A stretch of DNA of 64,000 nt from Lytechinus pictus (lineage: Eukaryota). Below the pieces are notes generated by a model that ran no database searches, was not told the origin of the DNA, and saw only the letters and a list, made by a program, of their open reading frames with translations. The stretch lies in NCBI RefSeq assembly GCF_037042905.1, contig NC_087254.1:33046001-33110000 (forward strand). Direction: 5' to 3'. Below, in pieces: positions 24,751 to 37,074 of the stretch; position 1 is the stretch's first letter, and each line of letters starts with the position of its first letter. The translations under genes were made by a program, and so were the position numbers.

Positions 24751-26042
24751 GTTGCTGCGTAATCCACAATGCTTTCGTCTTCTGTCAATGAATAGTAACA
24801 AACGGAAAGAAACAAAATAGTTCATGAAAACATACAATTTTATGTGTTAATGATTTAAATCATTCAAAGGCTCGAAAATAATCAAGCCAATGCACGGTGC
24901 TCAACAATATTGTCAGTTGCGAGTAGGATCATCGAAATGGCAGGATTGGGTGCGTCATAATTATGGAAAGAGAACAAAACCCCACACTCTCATGTCTTTC
25001 GATAGAATGAAAGTATTTGAGAGACATTTTTCATTGACGATAAAATGCAAGGAGAGTTAACAACAATAAGTTTTCTGAACATTTTAAAACTTTATTATTT
25101 ATAATCGAGAGTCCTTGGTATAAATCACTATTTAACATATAATGTTGCAATTTTGTTTATAATCAATTTGCTATTTCCTGGTAGGTCGGACGGAGAGTCA
25201 TGATACATGAAAAGTTCCTTGCAACGTCTTGCCAGTAAAGCGATATTTTAATTATCATGCCAATATAATATACTCTTCTATTTCTAAATTTGTACTTGAA
25301 AATGTACCAGTGGATAATGATCACCGCATTTCTTTCTCTTCGTATTCGTCTTCGTACTAGACCTCCTTCTCGCCCTTTCCTCACTGTTACGTCATAAATG
25401 AACTGATAGGAGACTATTCATTTGTTGTCGTTGGCGGTGCTCTATAGATACTTTAACAAGATGAAACAAAAAAATAAGTTATCTTCTCATATTACATATG
25501 AGGAAAGAAGATTTCATCTCAGAAATTATTATCATATGGATTTACTTTCAGATATTTATTTCGATATGCTCTTTTCGTTCTAACCTCGTGTTTGGTTGCG
25601 CTCAATCGTTGATGTCTGTTTGATTAGCTACATATTTATTCAGGATATATGTATTTTATTCCATATTTCGACCAACATGATGGGATATGATGTATTACTC
25701 CTCCAACACTCAATATATCATGCTAGAAGAGCTGTTCGCTGATCGGGCTACCAAATTGTTGCGGGTGTAAGCAAAGTAGAAACGATGGGCTCATCGTCGT
25801 TACCTAATATCAGTGATAATGAAGATGTAAAAAATAATGATTAATCTTATTATGTAGGACAATGTTGACAATATAATGTTATTATAGTCCCTTCATTTCC
25901 CCTTTCCCTCTTTTATTTTCGTTTTCTCTTTCTTCAGTTTATCCTTCTTGTTTTGTTCTCGTGTTGTTCTTCTTGATTGTCTGTTTTTCTCCCTTTTCCT
26001 CTTCTGTTTCTAACTTTACTTTTAAGAAAGTAATAAACAAAC

Positions 26043-26608
26043 CTTGGTGAGTATGATATCCTGTTTTCCCCGAAGACGACCAGGACTCTCTCTGTTTTAT
26101 GGTCCATTTCATTCTTATGCTCGATGTCCAAATCATCCTTGGTCCCCATGGTGTCGTGGATCTGGATGTCCATCTGGTAGATGCTAGATCAATTTGCTAT
26201 TGAAGGCCGATATTCACAGAGACGGCCAGAATTTTCGAGAGAATAATCGTAGCTCCCATTTCCACCCTTGTCTTCTTTCGTCCCTTTTCTTCTCCATATC
26301 TCCCTTCATCACTCTCAAGAGAGAAGAGAGGGGGGAGATCCGGGGAGATCTCTGTTAATGTTAATTTTCATTCCCCATCATAATCATCTGGATGAGGTGG
26401 GCTTGGATGACGTCACTTTCTCATCCCCACCCCTATTTCTCCAACCAATCAATTCCCTCATTCAGCTCTTCCTCCTCCTTCGCCCCTCCTCCTCCTCCTC
26501 CTCCTCATTCTCTTCAATCAATGCATCCCGGAAGAACTGGAACCCGGTTTCGTAGATGTTTTGGAGATGTATAGGGCCAGATGTCAATGGCAAATTCAAG
26601 ATGTCGGT
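26043..26608 (-). pseudogene. Degenerate exon duplicate of gene F
   Basis: Acceptor ttatag|ACCGACATCTTG. Encodes NIYETGFQFFRDALIEENEEEEE and ERVLVVFGE, homologous to exon 5, but frameshifted. Same CCAAG|GTTTG donor. Confidence 0.7.
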
Positions 26609-26739
26609 CTATAACGTCAAAGGTAAGATAAAGAGATGGTTACAACAGCAATTGGACAAACTTAATATCACCTTTTTTTTATTTGAATCGATCTAATTTC
26701 AATGATTAACGACAGGCAATATCCACTACATCAGTAAGT

Positions 26740-26900
26740 AATGATAATGGTAGCAAAATAATAATAACAGTAATAATAATAACAACAACAACAATAATAA
26801 TAATAATAAGATAATGATAATAATAATGATAACAATATTATCAATAATAATAATAATGATGGTAATGATGGAAATATAGCAATAATGATAATAATTTAAG
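26740..26900. repeat. (AAT)n microsatellite
   Basis: Runs of aat/aac/gat. Confidence 0.9.
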
Positions 26901-27011
26901 TTTATAACTACTACTACTACTCATGCTTCATCTATACCTGTACTTTCTTCTTCTTTTTTCATCTTTAAGAAAAATCTTATCCACCTCTACTTATAACAAT
27001 CATCAACAAAC

Positions 27012-27564
27012 CTTAGGGAGTATGCTTTCATGTTCCATGAGGATGTCAGATCCCTTTTTTCTTGGACATCCATTTCGACCTTATGTTCCATGGTCAAATA
27101 ATCTTTATTCCCCATCAGAAGATGTGGTTGAACTGGGTGTCGATCTGATAGATGCCATAGCGGTAATTGGTTGTAGGCAAAGATTTTTCTCGAAGACGGC
27201 CTGGATCATCTCCCTTCGTCCTTGTCTCTTCCTCTTCCCTCGTTAATATGAACAAACTTCGAGGATGACGATCTCCCCCTTTCCTACTACACTAGGGAAG
27301 ACAGGATTGAGTCTTTCTGCATTTTCATCCCTATTTCCCATCCTGATCGCGTTGATGGCATATGCTGGCGATATAACTCTTACAAGAATGCCGAGGGGAT
27401 GACTTCATCTCATCGTCACCCCTCCACACTTTTTGTCCTCTTCTTCTTCATCATCCTCATCTTCCTCCTCCTACTACTCCTCATCATCTCAATGTCGCCT
27501 ATAGGTTGAGATGTTTGCCGGGATGTTTGCCTATAGAGGTCAAAGGCAAAGTCAAGATGTCGAT
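27012..27564 (-). pseudogene. Degenerate exon duplicate of gene F
   Basis: Acceptor tttatag|ATCGACATCTTG nearly identical to the one at 26608; poly-Glu remnant; AAG|GTTTG donor; no continuous frame. Confidence 0.65.
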
Positions 27565-27953
27565 CTATAAAATGGATGTAATCGCGTCGGTTTTTAGAGA
27601 ATTAATTTGCATTTACTTCGACTTCTACTACCTCTCCTTCAGGTACTAACTTTGTTTTTTTTTCTATCTGTTTCATCGTTTTGTTCCTGCAGTCTTTGTC
27701 CTTCTTCTTCTTCTAATTTTCTTCTTCTTTTTTTTCTTCTTCTTTTCCTCATTCTCCTTCTTCTTCTTCTTTTTCTTTTTCTCTTCTCCTCCCCCTCCTC
27801 CTTATTCTTCTTCTTCTACTTTTCCTTAAATAACAACAACCGTCATAACAAATCTCTCCCTTTCTCTCCTTCTTATGACTCCCTCTACAATATGAACAAA
27901 CCTGGGTCATATCCTCTGTCTCAAGAGAGTGTTGTGTCTCTGTTCGTCCACCC

Positions 27954-28219
27954 CTATTCCTCACCACGACCCCCTGGACGAGCTGGATGTTGGTTGGTCG
28001 GGTAAATGACAGTGAATGCTGAACGGATCAAGTCCCACACGATACAGGCAACAAAGACGGCATAGATTGTACCAACAAAAACACCGCCGCCCTCTTCTTC
28101 CTCCTTCTCCTCCTCGTCTTCCTTCACCTCACCTAGCTGGACTTCAGTGTGGAAGATGCTATGGAAAGCATGGCGGATGAATGCCCAGAGGTTGTTTAGA
28201 GCAGAGCCAGGATGTGGGC
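27954..28219 (-). CDS. Gene F exon 6 (last coding exon)
   Basis: Acceptor atatcag|GC, phase 1. Reads GPHPGSALNNLWAFIRHAFHSIFHTEVQLGEVKEDEEEKEEEEGGGVFVGTIYAVFVACIVWDLIRSAF...EE*; homologous to the exon 5 module. Confidence 0.68.
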
Positions 28220-28485
28220 CTGATATTATAAATCAAAGATATGGTATGAAATCAGCTCTATAGATAAAAAAAATAATTTCTAATTCAATTCGACCCATAT
28301 AATTTATGACCAGAAAAAAACTTATTCATTCCTTTCAATGTATATAGCAATGTGATACAATTTCTTCTTCTTCTTCAGATTCAGAGATTAATTAATTAAT
28401 TCATTCATTTATTCTTCTTCTTCTTCTTCTTCTCCCCCTTCTCTTCCTCCTCCTCCTTCGGATAAAATACTAAATCATGTCAAAC

Positions 28486-29442
28486 CTTGGTGAGTATAAT
28501 CTCCTGTTTCCCCGAAGACGACCAGGGCTCTCTCTTCTTCGACGTACCTGTTTCCCATCATGTTGTGGATGAACTGAATGCCAGTCTGGCAGATGTTACA
28601 GATCGATGCATGGATGAAATCCCAGATAACAAACATTACAAAGACGGCGAAGATCTTTCCATCGAATACATCAACCCTCTCATTCCTTTCCTCTTCCATT
28701 TGCTCTTCTTCCCTCTCCGCCTCTTCCTCCTCCTCCATCTCATCATCCTCGTCTCCGTCGTCGTCCCCAAAGATGATATATTGGACGACCTGGAGCCCGA
28801 TGTTGAAGATGCTCACAAAAGGGTGGAAGATGATTCCAAAAGGTATGAGGATGCAAATCAAGATGACAAAGATCACTGTCAAGACTTGCGTGAAGAAATC
28901 ATCCTCGTCTTCTTTCTCTGCCTCTTCCCTCTCCTGTCCTTCCTTCTTCTCCTCCTCCTTGTCTTCTTCCTCATCATCTCCCTCTACCTCCTCCCACTCC
29001 TCTTCCTCCTCCTCTTCTTCTTCCTTGTTCTCCTCCTCCTCTTCCTCCATATCATCATCCTCCTGGTCCTCGTCATCGTCCCCGAAGATGATATACTGGA
29101 CGACCTGGAGCCCGGTGTTGAAGATGCTCACAAAAGGGTGGAAGATGATCCCGATAGGTTGGAGGATGCACATCCAGATGGCAAAGATCACTGTCAGGAC
29201 TTGCGTGAAGAAATCCTCCTCCAATTCCTCATCCTCAATGATGGTACCCAGGACGAGTTGGAGTCCGGTTTGATAGAGGCTCCCGAAAGCTTTGAAGATG
29301 TACATCCAGATAAGGAAGATCATTGCAAAGATCTGACTGAAGAAATTGTCAGATTCACGATCCTGTGACGTAGCGTAATCGTCATTGATGACGTCATCTC
29401 CCTCTGAGCCGCATGATGGGTAGCTGCTGTAGGAGGCCTCGT
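28486..29442 (-). CDS. Gene F exon 5: repeated hydrophobic segment plus poly-Glu modules
   Basis: Extends ORF 28475-29323 to acceptor ctaaaaag|AC in phase 1; 957 nt; donor CAAG|GTTTGA; internal duplication with 315-bp period. Confidence 0.8.
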
Positions 29443-30524
29443 CTTTTTAGAAGAAATTGCAAAAAAAGGAAAGAAAATGATTTGTAAAATGAAAGAAATT
29501 AAAAAAAAACTAATTTTCCATTGGTTAGTCAATACATGTTATACTCTTAATAAATAAATAATATAAATGGATGTTGATTTGATGATATTGAAAGGATATT
29601 TCCTCTTCGAAACTCGCCTTAACATGTATCAAAACGCAACAACTGCCAGAAAACGAGATGAAAGAAAAGAAGGATTTAAGGCAAATCCATTAATAACCAT
29701 GCAGATAGTTTTGCCCAAAGCTTCTGACAAGCACAGGAACCATAATTATTGATAAGAAAATCAAAATCGTACAACATAATAAAACTAAAAGAGGAAGTAG
29801 CACGAATATAATCAACTTTTACTTGTGGTTTTTCTGTTAGTTTACGTTCAACATGTTCTTCGAACTACATCAGAAAAAGGAAACCTTTACATATTTCAAA
29901 GTTTAAACAAATCTCATTTTCTTAAACCAATTATAATGAAATTATAAATATATCTATAAATTTGAAAAAGAGCGAAAATGTGAGTTAATAACGAAATTCC
30001 ATTTTCTGACGAAATTTGTAATAATTGATTATGCAAAAAAATATTGCTCCATTAAGATTTTCAAATCTTTGCAAGAAAGCAAAGATGAATAGAATCTATT
30101 GGGTAAGAAGTTAAATTTTTTTGATTTTCAAATTATAGAAAACCCACGGCTAATCATAGAATAAAGTTTAAGACATAAGAAAGTGACCTTTTGGAACATT
30201 GTGAATGCATAAATTGAGTAAGACGTCTGTGAAATTCAGCCGGGGATAATGATTTCATTTTTCTGAGTTTATTTAAAATTTTGACATTTCCAAGTAGAAA
30301 TTTTGTCATTCTCATATTGCATTATGATCTCTTCTTGTTATTCAACAGCAATGACCCATACAACTGGATTTTGTGAACCCTTCACCAAGACTATCTTCGA
30401 GCTTTAAAATCTTGTAATATCTGTTATTCTTTACTTACGTGTATCTGTTCTGAATTATTCTGCATTGTTCTGTATTATTTTGTATAATAAAATCCATATT
30501 TTCCCCCAATTTTTTATATCTTAC

Positions 30525-30707
30525 CCATTTCATCAGTGATCGTATCGTCGATGACGTGGATGTGATCGTACTCCATGACCATCAATGACGTCTGGTCAAT
30601 CGATGAGCTGGTCTTATCGTCATCATGGCATGTCTCTACGACATCATCGTCGATCTCGTCCTTGGTCTCTTCCTGGGCCTGATCAACCGTGTACAGGTCT
30701 TGGGCGA
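30525..30707 (-). CDS. Gene F exon 4 (acidic)
   Basis: ttttcttcccataag|TC ... GG|gtaaga; 183 nt, phase 1-1; IAQDLYTVDQAQEETKDEIDDDVVETCHDDDK... Confidence 0.8.
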
Positions 30708-31444
30708 CTTATGGGAAGAAAAAAAAGAAAATAAAATCACGCAATTGACTTTCAGGAACATCAGCAAAATCTGGTCTTCATTTGGCCCCTAAATATCAAA
30801 CACCAGGCATGCTATAACCTTGACAAATGCCATACAATTCATGACAAATTATTTAGCAGAATTCATATTGGAAAATGATATTTGGTGAAAATGGATGGAA
30901 GTAAATGTTGATTTGAATTAATGAATAGGCCTATTTGCATCATTTTTAAAATCAAAATCTAAGCGGCAGTGACGTATTTGTGTATTACGTTGACAAAATA
31001 CTGTCCTTATGTAACTAGATTTCTAATAAACAAACGTGTGTCTCAACGATAATCAATAAATAAAAATTCAATTAAATTCATTAATTTTAGACTAGAGATA
31101 GAGATAAGTGTATCCTAGATGTATAGACATGAATCACAAGATCTGTTGTTATTCAGCATCATTATTCAAATTAGTTTTTACGAGGTTACAGAAATTCCTA
31201 TGACAAATTATCTAAGAATAATTCATAATATCTTATTATCTACACCTCTCTCTCTCTCTCTCTCTGTCTGTTTCTCTTCCTATCGCTCTTTCTCATCTTC
31301 CTCCATTTCTCTCCAATCCCCCCCCCCAATTCTTCATTCAATTTTTTTTATTATAGTTTCCATTCTATTTTGGGGTCGAATATTTCTTAGTTTGTCACCA
31401 TTTAACCATGTTTTCAATAAACTTGTACTCCATAGGCTACTTAC

Positions 31445-31600
31445 TTGCGCTCTTTGTATACACAAGGCTGGTGGCCGAGATCTTGTCGGCATCATTGTTG
31501 GATTCGACATCAGCCTCACTGCCGTGGTCGTTCTCAAACCCGCAGTCGGTGTCAGATGCCACTGAGTCGTCATCGCTCTCCTCGTCGTTGATAGATCGAT
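31445..31600 (-). CDS. Gene F exon 3 (acidic)
   Basis: cataacag|AT ... GCAA|gtaagt; 156 nt, phase 1-1; HRSINDEESDDDSVASDTDCGFENDHGSEADVES... Confidence 0.8.
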
Positions 31601-32000
31601 CTGTTATGAGTGACGTCAGCGAAATAAAAATGATTTATTTCAGAAAGATTTTATTTTCTCTTCTTTGGTGCTGAAAATTATCACCATCTACCACAATAAG
31701 TTCTTAACCTTTGTGACTAAATGGTGAAGAAGAACGTGACTGTGTTAAAAATATGCACAAAAAACAGTACTCAAATAGTTAATTTCCAATATTTCTCGTA
31801 AACTGGATGAGCATGGCATACAATGGAGTGATGTTACTTATTTAAATCTAAAATGAAATGGTTACCCCGAAACCCTCCACAGCGGACTTTACAATAGACA
31901 ATCTACATTATTTATGTAACAAATATTTGCTAATAGAATAAGTAGATTAACATGTTTAATGGTAAGCCATATAGAGGCGACTATATACGCAATAACTTAC

Positions 32001-32295
32001 GGTATGCCAGGAAGGCTTGGGCGGAAACGCTTACGTCCCTTGGATAGGACGTAGATGGTAACTGGTCTTTAACCTTGCTGCTCACTGCTGGTGGCATCAA
32101 GAACTGATGACAATCCTGACCAAGTACAGCAGGTGCAGACCAAGAATCATGAAGTGATCTCGGCTCGAGACTGGCGGCTGATCTGACCAAATTAACCAAT
32201 GACTGGCAGGAGTAGTTGCTGACAAGAGTGACGTCGTCGTTGTCGTCATCAATGCTGATGTCATCTGTCACTTCATGAATGGCCGATGGTTTTGG
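32001..32295 (-). CDS. Gene F exon 2
   Basis: tacatag|CCA ... TACC|gtaagt; 295 nt, phase 0-1; in frame with ORF 31981-32271. Confidence 0.8.
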
Positions 32296-32619
32296 CTATG
32301 TAATATTTGGAATTTTTAAGAATGATTCAATTTATCATGTCTATAAGATCACTTGTACGCCTATATTGCAGAGTTAAAATAACAACTTTATTTGCAATAA
32401 AAGAACCATTAAGTTAAAACCAAGTGTAGGGGATTATTTTTTATCATGTTTGTCTAGAAAATTAGTTCTCTGTTAAAATTTGATACTGCATGAGAAGCTA
32501 GAGTAAGCTTAATGACAAGCTAACTTAGTTTAAACGTATTATCTTGTCTATCATTTTTTCATTAATTTCAAGCAAATTTTATAATCGTAAAACATGAAAC
32601 GTAGGCCTATCTCACTAAC

Positions 32620-33590
32620 AAACAATGCGGGCGCGACGTGTGAGCTGAATCCTTCGGTATATTGATTTGACAATTTTTATTAGAAGTATACCTTCAATGT
32701 AAGTATTTTATATTGCGACGAACTGCTGAGAATGCTAGCTGTTTGAGTTATATACTGACCTGGCACTGAGAAAACACTCATTAAACAAATAGTGCAAGCG
32801 CGAAACACGAGCAAAACTTATCTCTAAAATACTGACAGGAAAATGGAAAATTCTAAGTAGGCCTACTATCGTTTGAACTCATGTAATGCGTGCGCGAAGT
32901 GCGAGCTTGTTGGTTTTGGGTAGGCTTGTATACGGAACATTTTAAGTATGTTTTGTAATCGTGAACAGGAAACGTGTCTCATTTTCAAAAAAAAATTATG
33001 CAAGCGCGAAGCGCGGTCGGAAACGTTTTGGTGCATTGGCTTCAAAAGGATAATTTTGTAACGCAAGCGCGACGCGAGCTGAAATTAAAGTCGATGTAAT
33101 GAACTGAAAACGATAATTTAAATCTAGATTTGTACTCGTGAATGTGTTATGTCTCCCACTGAAGGAATGGGAATAAGACCTAATCGGATGAGATTTTTTA
33201 AGGGCTATTTGTGCAAATTAATGAACAGGGTACTTATTTTCAGTAACATATTTGTTATATGCAAATATGAAAACAGGATATTTAAGCTTTAAAAAAATTA
33301 TGAACATGATGCGTGTAAAGCCCCTTTCACAATTGCTAGTGCGATCGTTTGAGATCATTTGGTCACAATATATGTTCCACAGAATCCCTACGGTAGTAAG
33401 CAGTCGCACCACCAATTGTGAAAGGGGCTTAACAAAACAAACTAATGAAAGAGCAAGTGCGAACTAAATCATTTTGGTTGTATACTGACTTGAAAACGAA
33501 ACATTTTACATTGTTTAAAGCATTATAATCCTTAGAAATAAGGTCTAATTTAACGGACAATGCGAGCACGAAGGGCGAGCGAAATTTGCA
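32620..33590 (+). repeat. Dispersed GCGAGCGCGAAGCGCGAGC-like motif array, probably an old transposon interior
   Basis: About 7 degenerate copies near 32625, 32792, 32886, 32998, 33061, 33451 and 33559, separated by AT-rich sequence. Confidence 0.65.
33319..33429. mobile_element. PIF/Harbinger-type MITE with TAA target-site duplication
   Basis: taa|agcccctttcacaattg ... caattgtgaaaggggct|taa; perfect 17-bp TIR. Confidence 0.85.
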
Positions 33591-34327
33591 TTTTTATATA
33601 GAGAACTAAAAGATTTGCAATTCGACAATCCTCCCCTCCTCTCAGTTTCTTCATTTTAATTCCTCTTTTTATTTTTTTTTCCCGGCCTTCTTTCCCTTTT
33701 CCTCACTTATTTTTTATTTTTCTCCTCTCCCCGCCCCTTTCCTACCATTTTTTTCTGAGCTGCGGTCGCTTCAGGCACCTTGGTCAGACTGTGTCTTTCC
33801 ATTTCCCATTATCATTCCAGTGTTAGGAGGCGATGTTTTTTGGGCTCGAAGAAATTTTTTTGAAAAAAAAACACAATCTATTTTCTCACTCATTCTGCCA
33901 TTTATTATCATATCTTTCTCTTTATTTACTTTCCCTTCTCCATTTCCTTGCTTATATTATTTAAACCAGTGGGAGGGATGGGCTAGCAGCTTGGGGCCGA
34001 GGTGGTCTTGTTTCCGACTCCTTTCTCTCCCCCCCCCTCTCTCCCTCTCTCTCTTCGGTTTCTTGCAGGTCTACTTCGGCAAGGCTCTTTCTCCTTTATT
34101 TCATTTTCTTTTCCTCCCCCGTTTATATCCTATTTACCTTTTTTTCCCTTCATTCTTTCTCTATCTCTCCCTCTCTTATCTCTTTGCTGGGGGGGGGGGG
34201 GGGGTGACAGACCCCCTCGGTCCTCATGGATATGTACCTGTAATTATCCCTCCCCCACCAGAAAATATGATTAGGGTTCAAAATATATAGGTCCTCAACA
34301 TTCAGGCATCAAGAAATTCCACTGCCT

Positions 34328-34638
34328 NNNNNNNNNNNNNNNNNNNNNNNNNNNNNNNNNNNNNNNNNNNNNNNNNNNNNNNNNNNNNNNNNNNNNNNNN
34401 NNNNNNNNNNNNNNNNNNNNNNNNNNNNNNNNNNNNNNNNNNNNNNNNNNNNNNNNNNNNNNNNNNNNNNNNNNNNNNNNNNNNNNNNNNNNNNNNNNNN
34501 NNNNNNNNNNNNNNNNNNNNNNNNNNNNNNNNNNNNNNNNNNNNNNNNNNNNNNNNNNNNNNNNNNNNNNNNNNNNNNNNNNNNNNNNNNNNNNNNNNNN
34601 NNNNNNNNNNNNNNNNNNNNNNNNNNNNNNNNNNNNNN
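34328..34638. other. Assembly gap
   Basis: Run of N. Confidence 1.
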
Positions 34639-35296
34639 CATCAATGACTACTACTTATTCAAACATGTAAAAATAACAACAGTATCATCATCATCATCAA
34701 CAATTTTTCTATTTCCCCCTTATGCTCTAAGAGATTTTTGTAACAATTTTCTTAATAACTTGTGTTTTAATCATTGGACCCCATGGAAGAACAGTACTGT
34801 CTATGGGCAGAGCTGAACTGGGTGTCCTTCCGATTTCACTATTTATCATGTCTATCTCATATTTTTTTTTGTATATATCTGTTCTAATTTGTTATTCTTT
34901 TATACTTTGCTTTTATATGTTCATTTGTACATTCATGTTTATTTTTTATTGTGAATTTCGGAAAATAAATAAATACAAATACAAAATTTACGATACTTGA
35001 GATATGATTCATATACTGCAACCTCAAAGCGCTCTTCACTGACATTATGAAAAGCTCTGATAACACATTCTAAAGATTAATTCAGCTTTCCAATTTCGAT
35101 ACTACCGGTACAGATCTAGATTTTAGTTTTATTAGCTACCTGCAAAATTAATGAGAAACAGAGAGAACTTAGGAAAAAAATGATTTCTCGTATCTGATCT
35201 TAATATAAGTTATATTTTTCAAGTGATGAGACAATGATCAAATTTAATATCAGAAACTATTAAGAGGTAACATGTATATTGAAATAAATCCCTCAC

Positions 35297-35437
35297 CTTC
35301 TTATTCTTCGAGAATAATTTCTTGATTCCTGCCAAGCAGCAGACATTGCTACCCTCTGCCTGCTCAGAAGAATAATCAAAACTTTCTTCTTCAGATGGTA
35401 AAGATCGGGCTCTAACTTTGAATTTGATAAAGCCCAT
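35297..35437 (-). CDS. Gene F exon 1 (first coding exon)
   Basis: ATAATGG start; MGFIKFKVRARSLPSEEESFDYSSEQAEGSNVCCLAGIKKLFSKNKK|gtgagg; phase 0 matches exon 2. Confidence 0.75.
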
Positions 35438-35539
35438 TATGAAAAGAAAATTTCGAAAGAGAATTTGCGAAAATTGCTCCCGAATTGCATAAGCGCAAGC
35501 TAAGATAAGAATAAAAGTTAAGAACTCAATCTGTGTATG

Positions 35540-35625
35540 AGCAGCGCGGCGGTGGTTACCGCAGTAGAACGCATGCGCAATGCCTACTATTCGCCCTACG
35601 TCAACAATGGTAAAAGCGCGCAGCA
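35540..35625 (-). promoter_or_regulatory. Putative gene F promoter with an NRF1/P3A2-like site
   Basis: CGCATGCGCA at 35570-35579 in a local CpG-rich patch about 140 bp upstream of the ATG. Confidence 0.5.
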
Positions 35626-37074
35626 ATGAGATTGTGATTTTTAGTGAAATTCGTCATAGAAACAAAATTGCAAACTTTACAATCACTATGGTGTTGCTGC
35701 TGCCTAACCCCCTCCCGGTCCCGGATGAATAGATATCACAAACACAACTTAATAATAAATAAATTTAACATGTACCTAGAAAAAAGGGTAATGGATATGC
35801 AGACAAATTATACTCAACAGCCTGATAGTGAGAGGTGAGAGTAGTACTTGATATATAATTTATTCATAAATTTTCATTCGTTATTTTACACTACATTGAT
35901 GGCCATTACTTTAACTGAATATGCAACTAAAATAACTTATACTTCATATGACTTTTTAATTATTCAACTCTCTCTTAGAAACCATTTCTTTGTATACTCC
36001 TTACAATGTCCCGCCAAGTTAAAAAAAATAACGTTATCGGTTTATAGTATGGGAGGTAAATCAAGCTTGGAACTCGACACTGGGTAGTTTAAAATACAAT
36101 TAAGTGTGATATTTACATAATAATAATAATTGGAATAGACAAAGCCCATGAAAAGTTTTAAAATAATCGTAGCCACTCGAATAAGCGAAATGACATTGTG
36201 AAATTAAGTGATTGGCATTTCTCGATCACGTCGTGATTCAAACTCCTATATTATTCCTAAAAGATTGAGATATATTCTTGAAATATTCTTGAAAATGAGG
36301 TTAATAAAACAAATAAGTCATACTTGATAAAAGGACAAAAAAAATGCTCTGTTAATATTAAACAAGGAATCCACAATAAGTTTCGAAAATGCTATCATTG
36401 AGGGGTGTTGTCGAATTAAATTCTGCTATCAACTAAAAATGACGTATTAACATAATAATTTGAAAACGATACTCAGAAACTATCTTTTAAAATGCATTTG
36501 AAAATAATGTAACATGAATTTAAATGTAACAATATTGGTCCAACCGTGAACTTTATAGCACCACGGTTAAATAGAAAGTACTAATATGTTATGAGCGTCT
36601 CCGCGATGTGACTTTTATTTTCAATTATTTTCTAGCTATATCAAGAAATTGTCCAATTGGGTAAAATACGAGTCGCTAAATGATATGAAATTCACTTTTC
36701 TCGTCCAAGGTCATAATCCAGTCAAATATACATGTACATTTCATTTATGTCAATCATACACCGTGTACACGAGATATCAGTTGTCAATTATTTATGATTA
36801 TTTGCAGATTTTGATTAAATTAAAAATTTACCATAAGTATGCGTAAACGATGGATTGGAATTGCGAAATCGCAGTTACAGAAGAACAGTGCAAATTATGA
36901 GTTTACAGCAACATCATAATTCGTTATTACACGAGTTGTTATGATTTCATAGTTTTCAGTTTATATGGTTTTGAATTATTCTGGTTCACTTGATCAATCA
37001 AATTAAAAGGGACAAAAGTGTTCATATCAGGTGAAAAAGGAAACACATCCAAATCGATGCATTCTTAACAGTAT

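Noticed and set aside
28487-29368. 293-aa and 231-aa plus-strand ORFs
   Set aside because: Antisense shadows of the GAG/GAA-rich gene F exon; splice sites and repeat homology support the minus strand.
32620-33590. Repeat-and-spacer pattern resembling a CRISPR array
   Set aside because: Eukaryotic intron, degenerate repeats, irregular spacing and no cas genes.
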